A DNA stretch of 64,000 nucleotides from Escherichia coli (GTDB lineage Bacteria; Pseudomonadota; Gammaproteobacteria; Enterobacterales; Enterobacteriaceae), in NCBI RefSeq assembly GCF_013122565.1, contig NZ_CP053258.1. One strand, given 5' to 3'. The stretch's first letter is position 1. Each line of letters begins with the position of its first letter. Under the pieces are notes generated by a model, which was given only the letters and a program-made list of their open reading frames with translations, made no database searches and was not told the origin of the DNA. Shown here in pieces: positions 1 to 16,526 of this stretch. A program made the translations under genes and the position numbers.

Positions 1-378
1 TGTAACTATGCACAAATGTAGACTTTACGTAGGAAAGGGATTTTTTAACGATTATTAAACTATAAAAATCCGAATTGAACCGATTCACTTACCAATTTTG
101 TGATTTTTAATTCAGTTAAAACGAATTTAAATTCATTCTGCATATTGAGAGGGGTTGAGGCTGAGATTTACAAACGGTTTCTTTTTAAGCAACTCATCTT
201 CAACCATGCATAAAGCGGGTGCATTCGCTGCCGCATACCATTATTCTTGATCTGACGGAAGTCTTTTTGTAACAATTCAAACTTCTTTGATGTAAACAAA
301 TTAATACAACAAACGGAATTGCAAACTTACACACGCATCACTGCGTAGATCAAAAAAACAATCACCGCACGAGGTTTC
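1..378. promoter_or_regulatory. aroP upstream region (partial aroP-pdhR divergent intergenic region)
   Basis: Non-coding AT-rich sequence directly upstream of the aroP start at 379; no individual operator or promoter element was located by eye. Confidence 0.3.
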
Positions 379-1752
379 ATGATGGAAGGTCAACAGCACG
401 GCGAGCAGCTAAAGCGCGGCCTTAAAAACCGCCATATTCAGCTTATCGCGCTGGGTGGCGCGATAGGGACAGGACTATTCCTGGGTAGCGCCTCCGTAAT
501 ACAGTCCGCAGGGCCAGGAATTATCCTGGGTTACGCCATTGCTGGTTTTATCGCCTTTCTGATCATGCGTCAGCTGGGTGAAATGGTGGTCGAAGAACCT
601 GTCGCAGGCTCCTTTAGCCACTTTGCTTATAAATACTGGGGCAGCTTTGCTGGCTTCGCTTCTGGCTGGAACTACTGGGTACTGTACGTTTTAGTTGCCA
701 TGGCAGAGCTGACTGCTGTGGGTAAATACATTCAGTTCTGGTATCCGGAAATCCCAACTTGGGTTTCTGCCGCCGTGTTCTTTGTGGTGATTAACGCCAT
801 CAACCTGACCAACGTAAAAGTGTTTGGTGAGATGGAGTTCTGGTTTGCCATTATCAAAGTTATTGCGGTAGTAGCGATGATCATCTTCGGCGGCTGGCTG
901 CTGTTCAGTGGTAACGGCGGTCCGCAGGCAAGCGTTAGCAACCTGTGGGATCAGGGCGGTTTCCTGCCGCACGGCTTCACCGGGCTGGTGATGATGATGG
1001 CGATTATCATGTTCTCGTTCGGTGGTCTGGAACTGGTGGGGATCACCGCAGCAGAAGCTGATAACCCGGAGCAAAGTATCCCGAAAGCAACTAACCAGGT
1101 TATCTACCGCATCCTGATTTTCTATATTGGTTCGTTAGCCGTTCTGCTCTCACTGATGCCGTGGACCCGCGTTACCGCCGATACCAGTCCGTTTGTGCTG
1201 ATCTTCCACGAGTTAGGCGATACCTTTGTGGCGAATGCGCTGAACATCGTGGTACTGACTGCGGCGCTCTCCGTGTACAACAGCTGCGTATATTGCAACA
1301 GCCGTATGCTGTTTGGTCTGGCACAACAGGGTAACGCGCCAAAAGCGCTGGCGTCTGTCGATAAACGCGGCGTACCGGTTAACACCATTCTGGTGTCTGC
1401 GCTGGTTACAGCATTGTGCGTATTGATTAACTATCTTGCTCCGGAATCCGCATTTGGCCTGTTAATGGCACTGGTGGTATCCGCACTGGTGATCAACTGG
1501 GCGATGATCAGTCTGGCGCATATGAAGTTCCGTCGCGCCAAGCAGGAACAAGGCGTGGTAACTCGCTTCCCTGCTCTGCTTTATCCGCTGGGTAACTGGA
1601 TCTGCCTGCTGTTTATGGCGGCGGTACTGGTGATTATGCTGATGACCCCAGGAATGGCGATTTCGGTATACCTGATCCCGGTATGGCTGATCGTGTTAGG
1701 TATCGGCTATCTGTTTAAAGAGAAAACCGCCAAAGCCGTAAAAGCGCATTAA
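379..1752 (+). CDS. aroP: aromatic amino acid:H+ symporter AroP
   Basis: 457-aa ORF; translation (MMEGQQHGEQLKRGLKNRHIQLIALGG...) recognised as AroP, APC-family permease; length matches. Confidence 0.95.
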   Translation: MMEGQQHGEQLKRGLKNRHIQLIALGGAIGTGLFLGSASVIQSAGPGIILGYAIAGFIAFLIMRQLGEMVVEEPVAGSFSHFAYKYWGSFAGFASGWNYWVLYVLVAMAELTAVGKYIQFWYPEIPTWVSAAVFFVVINAINLTNVKVFGEMEFWFAIIKVIAVVAMIIFGGWLLFSGNGGPQASVSNLWDQGGFLPHGFTGLVMMMAIIMFSFGGLELVGITAAEADNPEQSIPKATNQVIYRILIFYIGSLAVLLSLMPWTRVTADTSPFVLIFHELGDTFVANALNIVVLTAALSVYNSCVYCNSRMLFGLAQQGNAPKALASVDKRGVPVNTILVSALVTALCVLINYLAPESAFGLLMALVVSALVINWAMISLAHMKFRRAKQEQGVVTRFPALLYPLGNWICLLFMAAVLVIMLMTPGMAISVYLIPVWLIVLGIGYLFKEKTAKAVKAH

Positions 1753-1761
1753 TCTCTCTAC

Positions 1762-1786
1762 GCCCTCACCCGTACAGGGTGAGGGC
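1762..1786. terminator. bidirectional hairpin between convergent aroP and ampE
   Basis: Perfect 10-bp inverted repeat gccctcaccc / gggtgagggc with 5-nt loop immediately after the aroP stop; lies between convergent genes. Confidence 0.5.
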
Positions 1787-1794
1787 AATAATAT

Positions 1795-2649
1795 TTACAC
1801 CAACGCCCCGTAAATCGTCAGTAGCGCAATCACCACCACGACCACGAACGAGGTTTTCTTCGCCATTGAAACCGCTGCCTTCGGCGTCTCCACCTTATCG
1901 ACATGCGGTTCACGCGCCAGAGAGAACTGCGCCAGACGCGTTAATACCTGATATTGCGAAGTACGGAAATCACCCAGCGAAGCAAACCAGGCCGGTAACG
2001 CTTTCTCACCATGACCGATCAAGGCATATACCACACCTGCAAGACGAACCGGCACCCAATCCAGTACATGAAGCACTGCATCAATGCCGGACTGTAAACG
2101 ATGATGCGGCGTCTGGTATCGCGCCAGCCAGTATTGCCATGCACGCAAGAACGCATACCCCATCAGCGTAACGGGTCCCCAGGTTCCCCCCACAATCAGC
2201 CAGAACAGCGGTGCAAGATAAAAACGAAAGTTAATCCACAGCAATGCATTTTGCAGCTCACGCAAATACTCACGTTCGTCGCAGCCTGCCGGGACGCCGT
2301 GAATCATGGTGAGTTCGCCAGCCATCGTGGCACGGGCATGGCTATCATTACGTGAAGCAGCTGTCAGATAAGCATGATAATGAAGACGAACTTTACCTGC
2401 GCCAATACACAGCAAACCAATCAGCAGCCACACCAGCAGCGTGGGAACGTTGAACAATACTCCCTGCAATGCGCGTAACAGTAAAAAAGTCACGCCCATC
2501 GCAATAATGGTCATGCCTAACGTGCGCCCGAGAGAAAAATGTTTCACCCGCCGAAAGAACGCTTCAAGACGATGATCAAGCTGCCAGTGCTCGCCCAACT
2601 TAAACAGGCGCTCGAAAATTAACACCAGTAAGGTTGTAAATAGCGTCAT
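1795..2649 (-). CDS. ampE: AmpE inner-membrane protein (ampDE operon)
   Basis: ORF 1795..2688; start placed at the internal Met ([16 protein letters not shown]...) giving 284 aa as remembered for AmpE; 4-bp overlap with ampD stop. Confidence 0.88.
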   Translation of the reverse strand: MTLFTTLLVLIFERLFKLGEHWQLDHRLEAFFRRVKHFSLGRTLGMTIIAMGVTFLLLRALQGVLFNVPTLLVWLLIGLLCIGAGKVRLHYHAYLTAASRNDSHARATMAGELTMIHGVPAGCDEREYLRELQNALLWINFRFYLAPLFWLIVGGTWGPVTLMGYAFLRAWQYWLARYQTPHHRLQSGIDAVLHVLDWVPVRLAGVVYALIGHGEKALPAWFASLGDFRTSQYQVLTRLAQFSLAREPHVDKVETPKAAVSMAKKTSFVVVVVIALLTIYGALV

Positions 2650-3197
2650 GTTGTCTCCTTGCTGACCAGCGCACGAAACCGTGCCCAATCAAATGCAGGA
2701 CCGGGATCGGTTTTCCGATCCGGCGCAATATCACAATGGCCCGTCATGTTTTTAGCGATATCCGGATAGCAATCAATCAGTGCCCGCGTAACCGCCGCAA
2801 GCTGTTGATACTGCGCATCGGTATACGCCAGCGTATCGGTGCCTTCAAGCTCAATCCCAATAGAAAAATCATTGCAGCGTTCGCGCCCCTGATACTGAGA
2901 GACTCCCGCATGCCAGGCACGTTTATCGAAAGGAACATACTGGACTATTTCACCATCACGGCGAATCAAACAGTGAGCGGAGACGCGCAAATGGGCGATC
3001 TCAGCAAAGAAAGGATGTACCTGCGGATCAATAGTTCCAGTGAATAATGCGTCGATCCACGGACCGCCAAACTCGCCTGGCGGCAGGCTAATATTGTGCA
3101 CCACCAGCAGGGTGGGTGTTTCGTCATCCGGGCGGCAATCGTAATGTGGTGAGGGAACGCGGCGCGCGCCAACCAGCCACCCCTGTTCTAACAACAT
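2646..3197 (-). CDS. ampD: 1,6-anhydro-N-acetylmuramyl-L-alanine amidase AmpD
   Basis: 183-aa ORF ([26 protein letters not shown]...) recognised as AmpD. Confidence 0.93.
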   Translation of the reverse strand: MLLEQGWLVGARRVPSPHYDCRPDDETPTLLVVHNISLPPGEFGGPWIDALFTGTIDPQVHPFFAEIAHLRVSAHCLIRRDGEIVQYVPFDKRAWHAGVSQYQGRERCNDFSIGIELEGTDTLAYTDAQYQQLAAVTRALIDCYPDIAKNMTGHCDIAPDRKTDPGPAFDWARFRALVSKETT

Positions 3198-3224
3198 GCA
3201 GGATCTCCTTATATGTGGTGCTAA

Positions 3225-4178
<954 letters not shown>

Positions 4179-4380
4179 TTGCTGACAGATTTATCCGCTC
4201 CATCGCGGGCGGATAATCTCCCCTTCCCCAACTTTCTTCGTAACGCCTCGCAAATTTCTTGTCTTTCGCTGCAACGAAATAAAAAACCTCGGAAGCTGCT
4301 TTCCCGTTTCGTTTTTTGCCCCTCGCTTGTGCTGATGGCGTTTGCCAAAGTAGCGCCAACCAAATCAAGGAGCGAAACAG

Positions 4381-4821
4381 ATGGACAAGCAACGCGGTTT
4401 TACACTTATCGAACTGATGGTGGTTATTGGCATCATTGCCATTTTAAGCGCCATTGGTATTCCCGCTTATCAAAACTACCTGCGCAAAGCCGCACTCACC
4501 GACATGCTACAAACCTTTGTGCCTTACCGTACCGCCGTAGAGTTGTGCGCGCTGGAACATGGTGGATTAGATACCTGCGACGGTGGCAGCAATGGCATTC
4601 CCTCGCCTACCACCACCCGCTATGTTTCAGCCATGAGTGTGGCAAAAGGCGTGGTGTCGCTGACCGGGCAAGAAAGTCTCAATGGGCTAAGCGTCGTCAT
4701 GACGCCGGGTTGGGATAACGCAAACGGCGTCACCGGCTGGACGCGCAACTGCAATATTCAAAGTGACAGCGCATTGCAGCAAGCCTGCGAAGATGTCTTC
4801 CGCTTTGATGACGCCAACTAA
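4381..4821 (+). CDS. ppdD: prepilin-like protein PpdD (type IV pilin, cryptic)
   Basis: 146-aa ORF with class III signal/N-methylation motif (MDKQRGFTLIELMVVIGIIAILSAIGIPAYQNY). Confidence 0.9.
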   Translation: MDKQRGFTLIELMVVIGIIAILSAIGIPAYQNYLRKAALTDMLQTFVPYRTAVELCALEHGGLDTCDGGSNGIPSPTTTRYVSAMSVAKGVVSLTGQESLNGLSVVMTPGWDNANGVTGWTRNCNIQSDSALQQACEDVFRFDDAN

Positions 4822-4830
4822 GGAGCGGCA

Positions 4831-6216
4831 ATGAATATTCCACAGCTCACGGCCCTGTGTCTGCGTTATCAGGGAGTCTTGCTGGATGCCAGCGAAGAAG
4901 TGGTTCATGTTGCGGTGGTCGATGCCCCCTCACATGAGTTGCTGGACGCATTGCATTTCGCTACCACCAAACGTATTGAGATCACCTGCTGGACGCGCCA
5001 ACAAATGGAAGGTCACGCCAGTCGCACACAACAGACATTGCCCGTAGCTGTTCAGGAGAAGCATCAGCCCAAAGCAGAGTTGCTGACTCGAACGTTACAA
5101 TCTGCGCTGGCACAACGCGCGTCTGATATTCATATCGAACCAGCGGACAATGCCTACCGCATCCGCTTGCGTATCGACGGCGTATTGCATCCTTTACCGG
5201 ATGTTTCACCGGATGCCGGAGTCGCATTAACCGCCAGATTAAAAGTGCTGGGAAACCTGGATATTGCGGAACATCGCCTGCCGCAGGACGGGCAATTCAC
5301 TGTCGAACTGGCAGGAAACGCCGTCTCATTTCGTATTGCGACCTTACCATGTCGGGGTGGTGAAAAGGTGGTATTAAGGTTGTTACAGCAGGTGAGCCAG
5401 GCACTGGATGTTAACACGCTGGGAATGCAGCCGTTACAACTGGCGGACTTTGCTCATGCCTTGCAACAACCACAGGGACTGGTGCTGGTAACTGGCCCTA
5501 CCGGCAGCGGCAAAACGGTCACGCTTTATAGTGCCCTGCAAACGCTGAATACCGCTGACATTAATATTTGTAGCGTCGAAGATCCGGTTGAGATCCCCAT
5601 AGCCGGACTAAACCAGACGCAAATTCATCCGCGTGCCGGACTCACCTTTCAGGGCGTTTTGCGTGCGTTATTGCGCCAGGATCCTGACGTCATCATGATC
5701 GGAGAGATCCGCGATGGCGAAACGGCAGAAATTGCCATTAAAGCCGCGCAAACCGGTCACCTGGTGTTGTCTACCCTACACACTAATTCCACCTGCGAAA
5801 CGCTGGTACGTTTACAGCAAATGGGAGTCGCCCGCTGGATGCTCTCATCAGCGCTTACGCTGGTAATAGCCCAGCGTCTGGTACGTAAACTTTGCCCACA
5901 TTGTCGCCGCCAGCAAGGGGAGCCCATCCATATTCCAGACAATGTATGGCCGTCGCCGCTGCCCCATTGGCAGGCACCCGGTTGTGTACATTGCTACCAC
6001 GGTTTTTATGGTCGCACTGCCTTATTTGAAGTTCTGCCCATAACACCGGTCATACGTCAGCTTATTTCCGCTAATACCGACGTTGAATCGCTGGAAACGC
6101 ACGCCCGACAGGCGGGTATGCGAACGCTTTTTGAAAACGGCTGCCTGGCCGTGGAGCAAGGTTTAACCACCTTTGAAGAGTTAATCCGCGTACTGGGGAT
6201 GCCGCATGGCGAGTAA
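4831..6216 (+). CDS. hofB: type IV pilus assembly ATPase HofB (GspE/PilB family)
   Basis: 461-aa ORF with Walker A motif GPTGSGKT and C-terminal tetracysteine motif. Confidence 0.9.
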   Translation: MNIPQLTALCLRYQGVLLDASEEVVHVAVVDAPSHELLDALHFATTKRIEITCWTRQQMEGHASRTQQTLPVAVQEKHQPKAELLTRTLQSALAQRASDIHIEPADNAYRIRLRIDGVLHPLPDVSPDAGVALTARLKVLGNLDIAEHRLPQDGQFTVELAGNAVSFRIATLPCRGGEKVVLRLLQQVSQALDVNTLGMQPLQLADFAHALQQPQGLVLVTGPTGSGKTVTLYSALQTLNTADINICSVEDPVEIPIAGLNQTQIHPRAGLTFQGVLRALLRQDPDVIMIGEIRDGETAEIAIKAAQTGHLVLSTLHTNSTCETLVRLQQMGVARWMLSSALTLVIAQRLVRKLCPHCRRQQGEPIHIPDNVWPSPLPHWQAPGCVHCYHGFYGRTALFEVLPITPVIRQLISANTDVESLETHARQAGMRTLFENGCLAVEQGLTTFEELIRVLGMPHGE

Positions 6217-7408
6217 GCAACTCTGGCGCTGGCATGGCATAACCGGCGACGGCAATGCGCAAGATGGGATGCGATGGGCAGAGAGCCGTGCTTTGCTGCT
6301 CATGGCACTACAGCAACAGATGGTTACTCCACTAAGCCTGAAGCGAATTGCTATCAATTCTGCGCAGTGGCGAGGAGATAAAAGCGCGGAAGTCATTCAT
6401 CAACTGGCGACGCTACTTAAAGCCGGGTTAACGCTTTCTGAAGGGCTGGCTCTGCTGGCGGAACAGCATCCCAGTAAGCAATGGCAAGCGTTGCTGCAAT
6501 CGCTGGCGCACGATCTCGAACAGGGCATTGCTTTTTCCAATGCCTTATTACCCTGGTCAGAGGTATTTCCGCCGCTCTATCAGGCGATGATCCGCACGGG
6601 TGAACTGACCGGTAAGCTTGATGAATGCTGCTTTGAACTGGCGCGTCAGCAAAAAGCCCAGCGTCAGTTGACCGACAAAGTGAAATCAGCGTTGCGTTAT
6701 CCCATCATCATTTTAGCGATGGCAATCATGGTGGTTGTGGCAATGCTGCATTTTGTTCTGCCGGAGTTTGCCGCTATATATAAGACCTTCAACACCCCAC
6801 TACCGGCACTAACGCAGGGGATCATGACGCTGGCAGACTTTAGTGGCGAATGGAGCTGGCTGCTGGTGTTGTTCGGCTTTCTGCTGGCGATAGCCAATAA
6901 GTTGCTGATGCGCCGCCCGACCTGGCTTATCGCGCGGCAGAAATTGCTGTTACGCATCCCGATTATGGGTTCACTGATGCGGGGACAAAAACTCACGCAG
7001 ATCTTTACGATTCTGGCGCTGACTCAAAGTGCAGGCATTACTTTTTTACAGGGCGTAGAGAGCGTCAGAGAAACAATGCGCTGCCCGTACTGGATGCAAC
7101 TTCTGACACAAATCCAGCACGATATCAGTAACGGTCATCCCATCTGGCTGGCGTTAAAAAATGCCGGTGAGTTTAGCCCGCTCTGTTTGCAATTAGTGAG
7201 AACGGGAGAGGCCTCCGGCTCGCTGGATCTCATGTTAGACAACCTCGCCCATCATCATCGGGATAACACAATGGCGCTGGCGGATAACCTAGCAGCCTTA
7301 CTGGAACCGGCGTTGCTGATCATAACGGGAGGAATTATCGGTACGCTGGTGGTGGCGATGTATCTGCCAATTTTCCATTTAGGCGATGCGATGAGTGGGA
7401 TGGGATAA
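6206..7408 (+). CDS. hofC: type IV pilus inner-membrane platform protein HofC (GspF/PilC family)
   Basis: 400-aa ORF overlapping the hofB stop; polytopic membrane protein. Confidence 0.9.
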   Translation: MASKQLWRWHGITGDGNAQDGMRWAESRALLLMALQQQMVTPLSLKRIAINSAQWRGDKSAEVIHQLATLLKAGLTLSEGLALLAEQHPSKQWQALLQSLAHDLEQGIAFSNALLPWSEVFPPLYQAMIRTGELTGKLDECCFELARQQKAQRQLTDKVKSALRYPIIILAMAIMVVVAMLHFVLPEFAAIYKTFNTPLPALTQGIMTLADFSGEWSWLLVLFGFLLAIANKLLMRRPTWLIARQKLLLRIPIMGSLMRGQKLTQIFTILALTQSAGITFLQGVESVRETMRCPYWMQLLTQIQHDISNGHPIWLALKNAGEFSPLCLQLVRTGEASGSLDLMLDNLAHHHRDNTMALADNLAALLEPALLIITGGIIGTLVVAMYLPIFHLGDAMSGMG

Positions 7409-7436
7409 CGCTGGCGTGTTGCTCCACACCAGCGTT
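7407..7436. terminator. bidirectional hairpin between convergent hofC and guaC
   Basis: Inverted repeat aacgctggcgtg / cacaccagcgtt (one G-U position) with 6-nt loop between the two stop codons. Confidence 0.45.
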
Positions 7437-7442
7437 GGAAGA

Positions 7443-8486
7443 TTACAGGTTGTTGAAGATGCGGTTTTCTTGTTCCTGCACACGGATAAATGTGGTGCGC
7501 TTGGTCAGTTCTTTCAGGCGTGAAGCCCCAACGTATGTACAAGCTGAACGCAGGCCGCCCAAAATATCACGCGCGGTATTTTCAACCGGGCCTCGCAGCG
7601 GCAGCTTAACGGTTTTACCTTCTGCTGCGCGATATTCCGCAACGCCGCCAACGTGACGTTTCATCGCAGACTCGGAGCTCATGCCGTAGAACAGCATAAA
7701 TTTCTCGCCGTTCTCCTCAACGATGCGACCGCCGCTCTCTTCGTGGCCCGCCAGCATGCCGCCAAGCATGACGAAATCGGCACCGCCGCCAAAAGCTTTC
7801 GCGACATCGCCCGGCGTGGTGCAGCCACCATCGCTGACGATCATTCCGCCCAGACCGTGCGCAGCATCGGCACATTCGATTACCGCAGAAAGTTGCGGAT
7901 AACCGACGCCTGTTTTGACACGAGTTGTACAAACAGAACCTGGGCCAATGCCAACTTTAACGATATCGGCACCGGAGAGGATAAGCTCCTCACACATTTC
8001 ACCAGTCACTACGTTGCCAGCACAAATGGTTTTGGTCGGCCACGCTTCACGCGCTTTCGCAACGAACTGCACGAAGTGTTCGGAATAACCATTCGCCACA
8101 TCAATACAAACGAAGTTTAATGCCGGGTTCAGGTCGAGAATCTGTTTAGTTTTTTCGAAATCCGCATTTGACGTACCGGTAGAAACCATCACATGTTTCA
8201 GCACATCAGCGGAAGAATTGTTGATAAACGCTTGCCACTCTTCGACAGAATAGTGTTTATGCACAGCAGTCAAAATATCAAAAGAAGCCAGCGCAGAGGC
8301 CATAGAAAATGTGCCTACGGTGTCCATATTTGCGGCGATAATCGGCACGCCGGACCAGCTCTGACCTGAATGTTTGAAGGTGAATTGACGTTCCAGTTCA
8401 ACATCGGAACGGCTTTTAAGAGTGGAGCGTTTAGGGCGGATGAGAACGTCTTTAAAACCTAACTTCAGATCTTCTTCAATACGCAT
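7443..8486 (-). CDS. guaC: GMP reductase
   Basis: 347-aa ORF ([37 protein letters not shown]...), IMPDH/GMPR family. Confidence 0.95.
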   Translation of the reverse strand: MRIEEDLKLGFKDVLIRPKRSTLKSRSDVELERQFTFKHSGQSWSGVPIIAANMDTVGTFSMASALASFDILTAVHKHYSVEEWQAFINNSSADVLKHVMVSTGTSNADFEKTKQILDLNPALNFVCIDVANGYSEHFVQFVAKAREAWPTKTICAGNVVTGEMCEELILSGADIVKVGIGPGSVCTTRVKTGVGYPQLSAVIECADAAHGLGGMIVSDGGCTTPGDVAKAFGGGADFVMLGGMLAGHEESGGRIVEENGEKFMLFYGMSSESAMKRHVGGVAEYRAAEGKTVKLPLRGPVENTARDILGGLRSACTYVGASRLKELTKRTTFIRVQEQENRIFNNL

Positions 8487-8710
8487 GTGCGGATTCCTGG
8501 GGTTAATGGCTATAAGGGTAAGAGCGCAACTCCAGTGACGCTATCATACGCACTAATCAATGCGGCGCAAGACTGCGAAATTGTCTTTTTTTACGCTACA
8601 ATCCCATAAATTTACCTGGTAAATAGTGAGCGAACGTTTCATCAATTTCGCTTTCGTGCGCTCATTTTTAACGTTTTGATAATCATGATGAATTCCCGGG
8701 AATATAAATT

Positions 8711-10074
<1,364 letters not shown>

Positions 10075-10083
10075 GGAGTAAAA

Positions 10084-10281
10084 ATGTCAGAAACTATTAC
10101 GGTGAATTGCCCAACCTGCGGGAAAACGGTGGTGTGGGGTGAAATTAGCCCGTTTCGGCCATTTTGCTCCAAACGTTGTCAGTTGATCGACCTCGGAGAA
10201 TGGGCTGCTGAAGAAAAACGAATCCCCAGCAGTGGCGATCTTTCCGAAAGCGATGACTGGAGCGAAGAACCAAAGCAGTGA
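10084..10281 (+). CDS. yacG: DNA gyrase inhibitor YacG (zinc finger)
   Basis: 65-aa ORF with CPTCGK...CSKRC zinc-ribbon motif. Confidence 0.9.
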
Positions 10282-10300
10282 CATTTGTCTGATGCCGCAC

Positions 10301-10384
<84 letters not shown>

Positions 10385-10397
10385 AGACTTATCTGAC

Positions 10398-10787
10398 CTA
10401 CAGACGTTTAAGCTTCGCAATTACCGGTTCATTGGCTGGCGGAAAATCATCGGCATTAAGACCGACCAGCGACATCCACTTACCGGGTTGCCCTTCTTTA
10501 CCCCACGGCTCCCCTTCCCAGCTTTCGACCAGCCAGAACCACAGAGTTATATGCCTGTCCGGGAATTCATATTCCAGTTTTTCAAAGAGCGAAAAATGTT
10601 GTGGGGTAATCCCGACTTCTTCCTGAAGTTCACGCACCACCGCCTGTTCCGGCGTTTCGCCCATTTCAATTTTACCGCCGGGAAACTCCAGTTTATTCGC
10701 CATGTGCGCATCTGCTGCGCGACGCGTTATAAAGATTTCATTGTTCTCGTTGCGAATAATACCTACCGCAATTTGCAGCTTTTTCAT
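10398..10787 (-). CDS. mutT: 8-oxo-dGTP diphosphatase MutT (Nudix)
   Basis: 129-aa ORF with Nudix box (GGKIEMGETPEQAVVRELQEEVGI). Confidence 0.93.
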   Translation of the reverse strand: MKKLQIAVGIIRNENNEIFITRRAADAHMANKLEFPGGKIEMGETPEQAVVRELQEEVGITPQHFSLFEKLEYEFPDRHITLWFWLVESWEGEPWGKEGQPGKWMSLVGLNADDFPPANEPVIAKLKRL

Positions 10788-10846
10788 TGTCTTAAACCTA
10801 TAAAAAAGGCGCAGAATCCTGCGCCTTTTACTTCAACTGTTAGCTT

Positions 10847-13552
10847 TTATTGCAGGCGACCATGGCACTGCTTGTATTTTTTACCAGAACCGCACGGGCA
10901 AGGATCGTTACGTCCTACTTTGCGTTCACCGGTTTGCGCCGCCAGTGCAGCTGCGGCTGCAGAGTCGTCATCCTGATGGCTAAGCTGCTGCATTTGCGCT
11001 AAACGCTCGGCTTCCATACGACGCTGTTGTTCCAGCTCCTCAACCTCTTCAGGCATACGTACCTGAACTTTGCTCAGCGTACTGATAACTTCATATTTCA
11101 ACGACTCCAGCATCGCTGCAAACATGGAGAACGATTCACGTTTGTATTCCTGCTTCGGATCTTTCTGTGCATAGCCACGCAGGTGGATACCCTGACGCAG
11201 ATAGTCCATCGCTGCCAGGTGCTCTTTCCACAGGGAGTCAAGCGTTTGCAGCATGACGCCTTTCTCGAAGTGACGCATCATCTCAGCACCAACCACTTCT
11301 TCTTTACGCTGATACACTTCGATGGACTGCGCCAGAATGCGCTCACGCAGCGTCTCTTCATGCAGTTCGGGTTCTTTATCCAGCCACTCAGCAATTGGTA
11401 AATCGAGGTCGAAATCGTTCTTCAGACGTTCCTGCAGCCCCGGAATATCCCACATTTCTTCCAGCGACTGTGGCGGAATGTAGGCATCAATGGTGGCTTT
11501 GAACACATCTTCACGAATGCTGTTGATGGTTTCGCTCACATCGCTGACATCCAGCAGTTCGTTACGCTGGGAGTAAATGGCGCGACGCTGATCGTTAGCC
11601 ACGTCATCATATTCCAGCAGTTGCTTACGAATGTCGAAGTTACGGCTTTCAACTTTACGCTGGGCGTTGGCAATCGCTTTGGTCACCCACGGGTGTTCAA
11701 TGGCTTCGCCTGGCTTCATACCCAGTTTACGCATCATGCCGGATACTCGGTCGGAAGCAAAAATACGCATCAGCGCATCTTCCATCGACAGGTAGAAACG
11801 GGAAGAACCAGCATCCCCCTGACGACCAGAACGACCGCGCAACTGGTTATCGATACGACGGGATTCGTGACGCTCGGTACCGATGATATGCAGGCCACCT
11901 GCTGCCAGTACCGCATCGTGACGTACCTGCCAGTCGGCTTTAATTTTTTCAATTTGCTCTGCGGTCGGATTTTCCAGCGCGGCAACTTCTGCCTGCCAGC
12001 TACCACCGAGCACAATATCTGTACCACGACCCGCCATGTTGGTCGCGATAGTCACCGCAGCCGGATAACCTGCCTGAGCAACAATCGCCGCTTCGTTGGC
12101 GTGGAATTTGGCGTTCAGGACATTGTGCTTAATACCGGCTTTGGTCAGTTCGTTTGACACCAGCTCCGATTTTTCGATGGAGATAGTACCCACCAGCACC
12201 GGCTGGCCTTTCGCAGTACGTTCTTTGATATCTTCAATGATCGCCTGAATTTTTTCCGCTTCAGTCATGTAGACCAGGTCCGGCAAATCTTTACGAATCA
12301 TTGGACGGTTGGTCGGAACAACGACGGTATCCAGTTTGTAGATGGAGCTAAATTCGAAAGCTTCGGTATCAGCAGTACCGGTCATCCCCGCCAGTTTTTC
12401 ATACAGACGGAAGTAGTTCTGGAAGGTGATCGAAGCCAGCGTTTGGTTTTCGTTCTGGATCTGCACACCTTCTTTCGCTTCCACAGCCTGGTGCAGACCA
12501 TCGGACCAGCGACGGCCCTGCATGGTACGACCGGTGTGTTCGTCAACGATGATAACTTCACCATCTTTAACGATGTAGTCGACGTCACGGGTAAACAGCG
12601 CATGAGCGCGCAGCGCCGCCGTTACGTGGTGCATCAGCATGATGTTGGCCGGAGAGTACAGAGACTCCCCTTCATCCATGATGCCCTCTTTCACCAGCAG
12701 TTCTTCAATCAGCACCAGACCACGTTCGGTCAGGTTCACCTGGCGAGATTTTTCGTCCACCGAGAAGTGGCCTTCGCCCTGGAAGGTTTCGGAGTCTTCT
12801 TTTTCCTGACGGATCAGGTGCGGAATAATTTTATTCACGCGTTTATACATTTCCGAGCTGTCTTCTGCCGGGCCAGAAATGATCAGCGGTGTACGCGCTT
12901 CATCGATCAGGATGGAGTCCACTTCGTCCACCAGCGCATAGTGCAGTTTACGCTGTACACGTTCTTCAGGACTGAACGCCATGTTGTCGCGCAGGTAGTC
13001 AAAGCCGTATTCGTTGTTCGTACCGTAAGTGATGTCAGCTGCGTAGGCTTCACGCTTTGCCGGTGCTGGCATGCCCGGCAGGTTGATACCGACAGTCAGG
13101 CCAAGGAATTCAAACAGTGGACGGTTGTTTTCGGCGTCACGTTGCGCCAGGTAGTCGTTGACGGTAACTACATGCACACCTTTACCGGTTAGTGCGTTCA
13201 GGTAAGCAGGCAGCGTTGCGGTCAGGGTTTTACCTTCACCGGTACGCATTTCGGCGATGCAGCGTTCGTTAAGAACCATACCGCCGAGTAACTGAACGTC
13301 GAAGTGACGCATACCAAAGACGCGCTTACTTGCCTCACGTACCACGGCGAAAGCTTCCGGGATCAGATTTTCCAGCACTTCGCCTTTTTCCAGACGCGCA
13401 CGAAACTCTGCGGTTTTCCCTTTCAGTTCTTCGTCGGAGAGTTTTTCCATCTCCGGTTCCATGGCATTGATGATGTTGACCACTTTGCGCATCCGGCGCA
13501 GGGTGCGATCGTTACGACTACCGAAAACTTTAGTTAATAATTTGATTAGCAT
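10847..13552 (-). CDS. secA: preprotein translocase ATPase SecA
   Basis: 901-aa ORF with Walker motifs and C-terminal zinc-binding [14 protein letters not shown]. Confidence 0.97.
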   Translation of the reverse strand: MLIKLLTKVFGSRNDRTLRRMRKVVNIINAMEPEMEKLSDEELKGKTAEFRARLEKGEVLENLIPEAFAVVREASKRVFGMRHFDVQLLGGMVLNERCIAEMRTGEGKTLTATLPAYLNALTGKGVHVVTVNDYLAQRDAENNRPLFEFLGLTVGINLPGMPAPAKREAYAADITYGTNNEYGFDYLRDNMAFSPEERVQRKLHYALVDEVDSILIDEARTPLIISGPAEDSSEMYKRVNKIIPHLIRQEKEDSETFQGEGHFSVDEKSRQVNLTERGLVLIEELLVKEGIMDEGESLYSPANIMLMHHVTAALRAHALFTRDVDYIVKDGEVIIVDEHTGRTMQGRRWSDGLHQAVEAKEGVQIQNENQTLASITFQNYFRLYEKLAGMTGTADTEAFEFSSIYKLDTVVVPTNRPMIRKDLPDLVYMTEAEKIQAIIEDIKERTAKGQPVLVGTISIEKSELVSNELTKAGIKHNVLNAKFHANEAAIVAQAGYPAAVTIATNMAGRGTDIVLGGSWQAEVAALENPTAEQIEKIKADWQVRHDAVLAAGGLHIIGTERHESRRIDNQLRGRSGRQGDAGSSRFYLSMEDALMRIFASDRVSGMMRKLGMKPGEAIEHPWVTKAIANAQRKVESRNFDIRKQLLEYDDVANDQRRAIYSQRNELLDVSDVSETINSIREDVFKATIDAYIPPQSLEEMWDIPGLQERLKNDFDLDLPIAEWLDKEPELHEETLRERILAQSIEVYQRKEEVVGAEMMRHFEKGVMLQTLDSLWKEHLAAMDYLRQGIHLRGYAQKDPKQEYKRESFSMFAAMLESLKYEVISTLSKVQVRMPEEVEELEQQRRMEAERLAQMQQLSHQDDDSAAAAALAAQTGERKVGRNDPCPCGSGKKYKQCHGRLQ

Positions 13553-13613
13553 AATAAAATCTCAAACGCCCCGCGTTGCGGAGTTAATAAAATGAAGTAA
13601 AGGTTTATTGTTG

Positions 13614-14294
<681 letters not shown>

Positions 14295-14356
14295 TCACCT
14301 GGCCGGAGAGAGTGCCAGATTTGCCAGTCGAATTTTATACGACAGTATAAATGTCG

Positions 14357-15295
<939 letters not shown>

Positions 15296-15374
15296 CTATC
15301 CAACCGAAGTGTACTATACATTCGGCGGGCCAGTTTAGCACAAAGAGCCTCGAAACCCAAATTCCAGTCAATTC

Positions 15375-16526
15375 TTAATCAGCTTGCTTACGCAGGAATG
15401 CTGGGATATCCAGATAATCCGGCTCTTTCGCAGTTTGCGGCGCATTGTCATTCACGACTTTAGCAACCGGCTTCTGCTCCTGGGTCAGCGGAGCCATCCC
15501 GTGCTGCTGGTAGCGATCCATCACTGGCTGCTGAACCTGCTTATTGGTCACCAGAGTGATTTCAGGACGTTTGTCCATGCCGATACCTGTCGCAACAACA
15601 GTTACGCGCAGCTCGTCATTCATATCCGGGTCAAGAGAAGTACCGATAACCACGGTCGCGTTGTCGGAAGCAAATGCACGGATGGTGTTACCTACCGTTT
15701 CGAACTCATCCAGACGCAGGTCGAAGCCCGCCGTGATGTTAACCAGCACGCCGCGCGCGCCAGACAGGTCGATATCTTCCAGCAGCGGAGAAGAGATAGC
15801 CATTTCAGCAGCTTCTTCCGCACGGTCTTCACCGCTCGCCACGCCAGAACCCATCATTGCGTAGCCCATTTCAGACATTACGGTGCGTACGTCTGCGAAG
15901 TCCACGTTCATCAAACCCGGACGAGTAATCAGTTCAGCGATACCTTGCACAGCGCCTTTCAGTACATCGTTCGCTGCGCCAAACGCATCCAGCAGGGAGA
16001 TACCGCGGCCCAGAACTTTCAGCAGTTTGTCGTTCGGGATAGTGATCAGAGAGTCCACATGCTTGGACAGTTCAGTGATCCCCTGCTCCGCGAATGCCAT
16101 ACGCTTCTTGCCTTCAAAGTTGAAAGGCTTAGTGACGACAGCAACGGTCAGGATACCCAAATCTTTTGCCACTTCAGCGACGACTGGTGCTGCCCCTGTA
16201 CCGGTACCACCACCCATACCCGCAGCAATAAAGACCATGTCTGCACCTTCCAGCGCCGCACGCAATGCATCGCGATCCTCATCAGCCGCATTGCGGCCAA
16301 CTTCTGGATTAGCGCCAGCGCCCAGTCCTTTGGTGATACCGCTACCGATTTGAATCGTCTGTCCAACCGCTGTTTTACGCAGCGCTTGTGCATCGGTATT
16401 TACCGCGAAGAATTCAACACCTTCAATGCGCTCGCGCACCATGTGTTCAACAGCATTACCGCCGCCGCCGCCGACGCCGATGACTTTAATCACCGCGTCA
16501 TTGGTAAGTTCCATTGGTTCAAACAT
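15375..16526 (-). CDS. ftsZ: cell division GTPase FtsZ
   Basis: 383-aa ORF with tubulin signature GGGTGTG. Confidence 0.97.

Noticed and set aside
1779-2171. 130-aa plus-strand ORF after aroP
   Set aside because: Antisense to ampE; Pro/Arg-rich low-complexity translation.
4179-4718. 179-aa plus-strand ORF overlapping ppdD in another frame
   Set aside because: ppdD in the adjacent frame has the pilin signature and correct length; this one has no features and is Arg/Ser-rich frame-shift noise.
12443-13192. 249-aa ORF on the plus strand
   Set aside because: Antisense to secA; no RBS and low-complexity composition.
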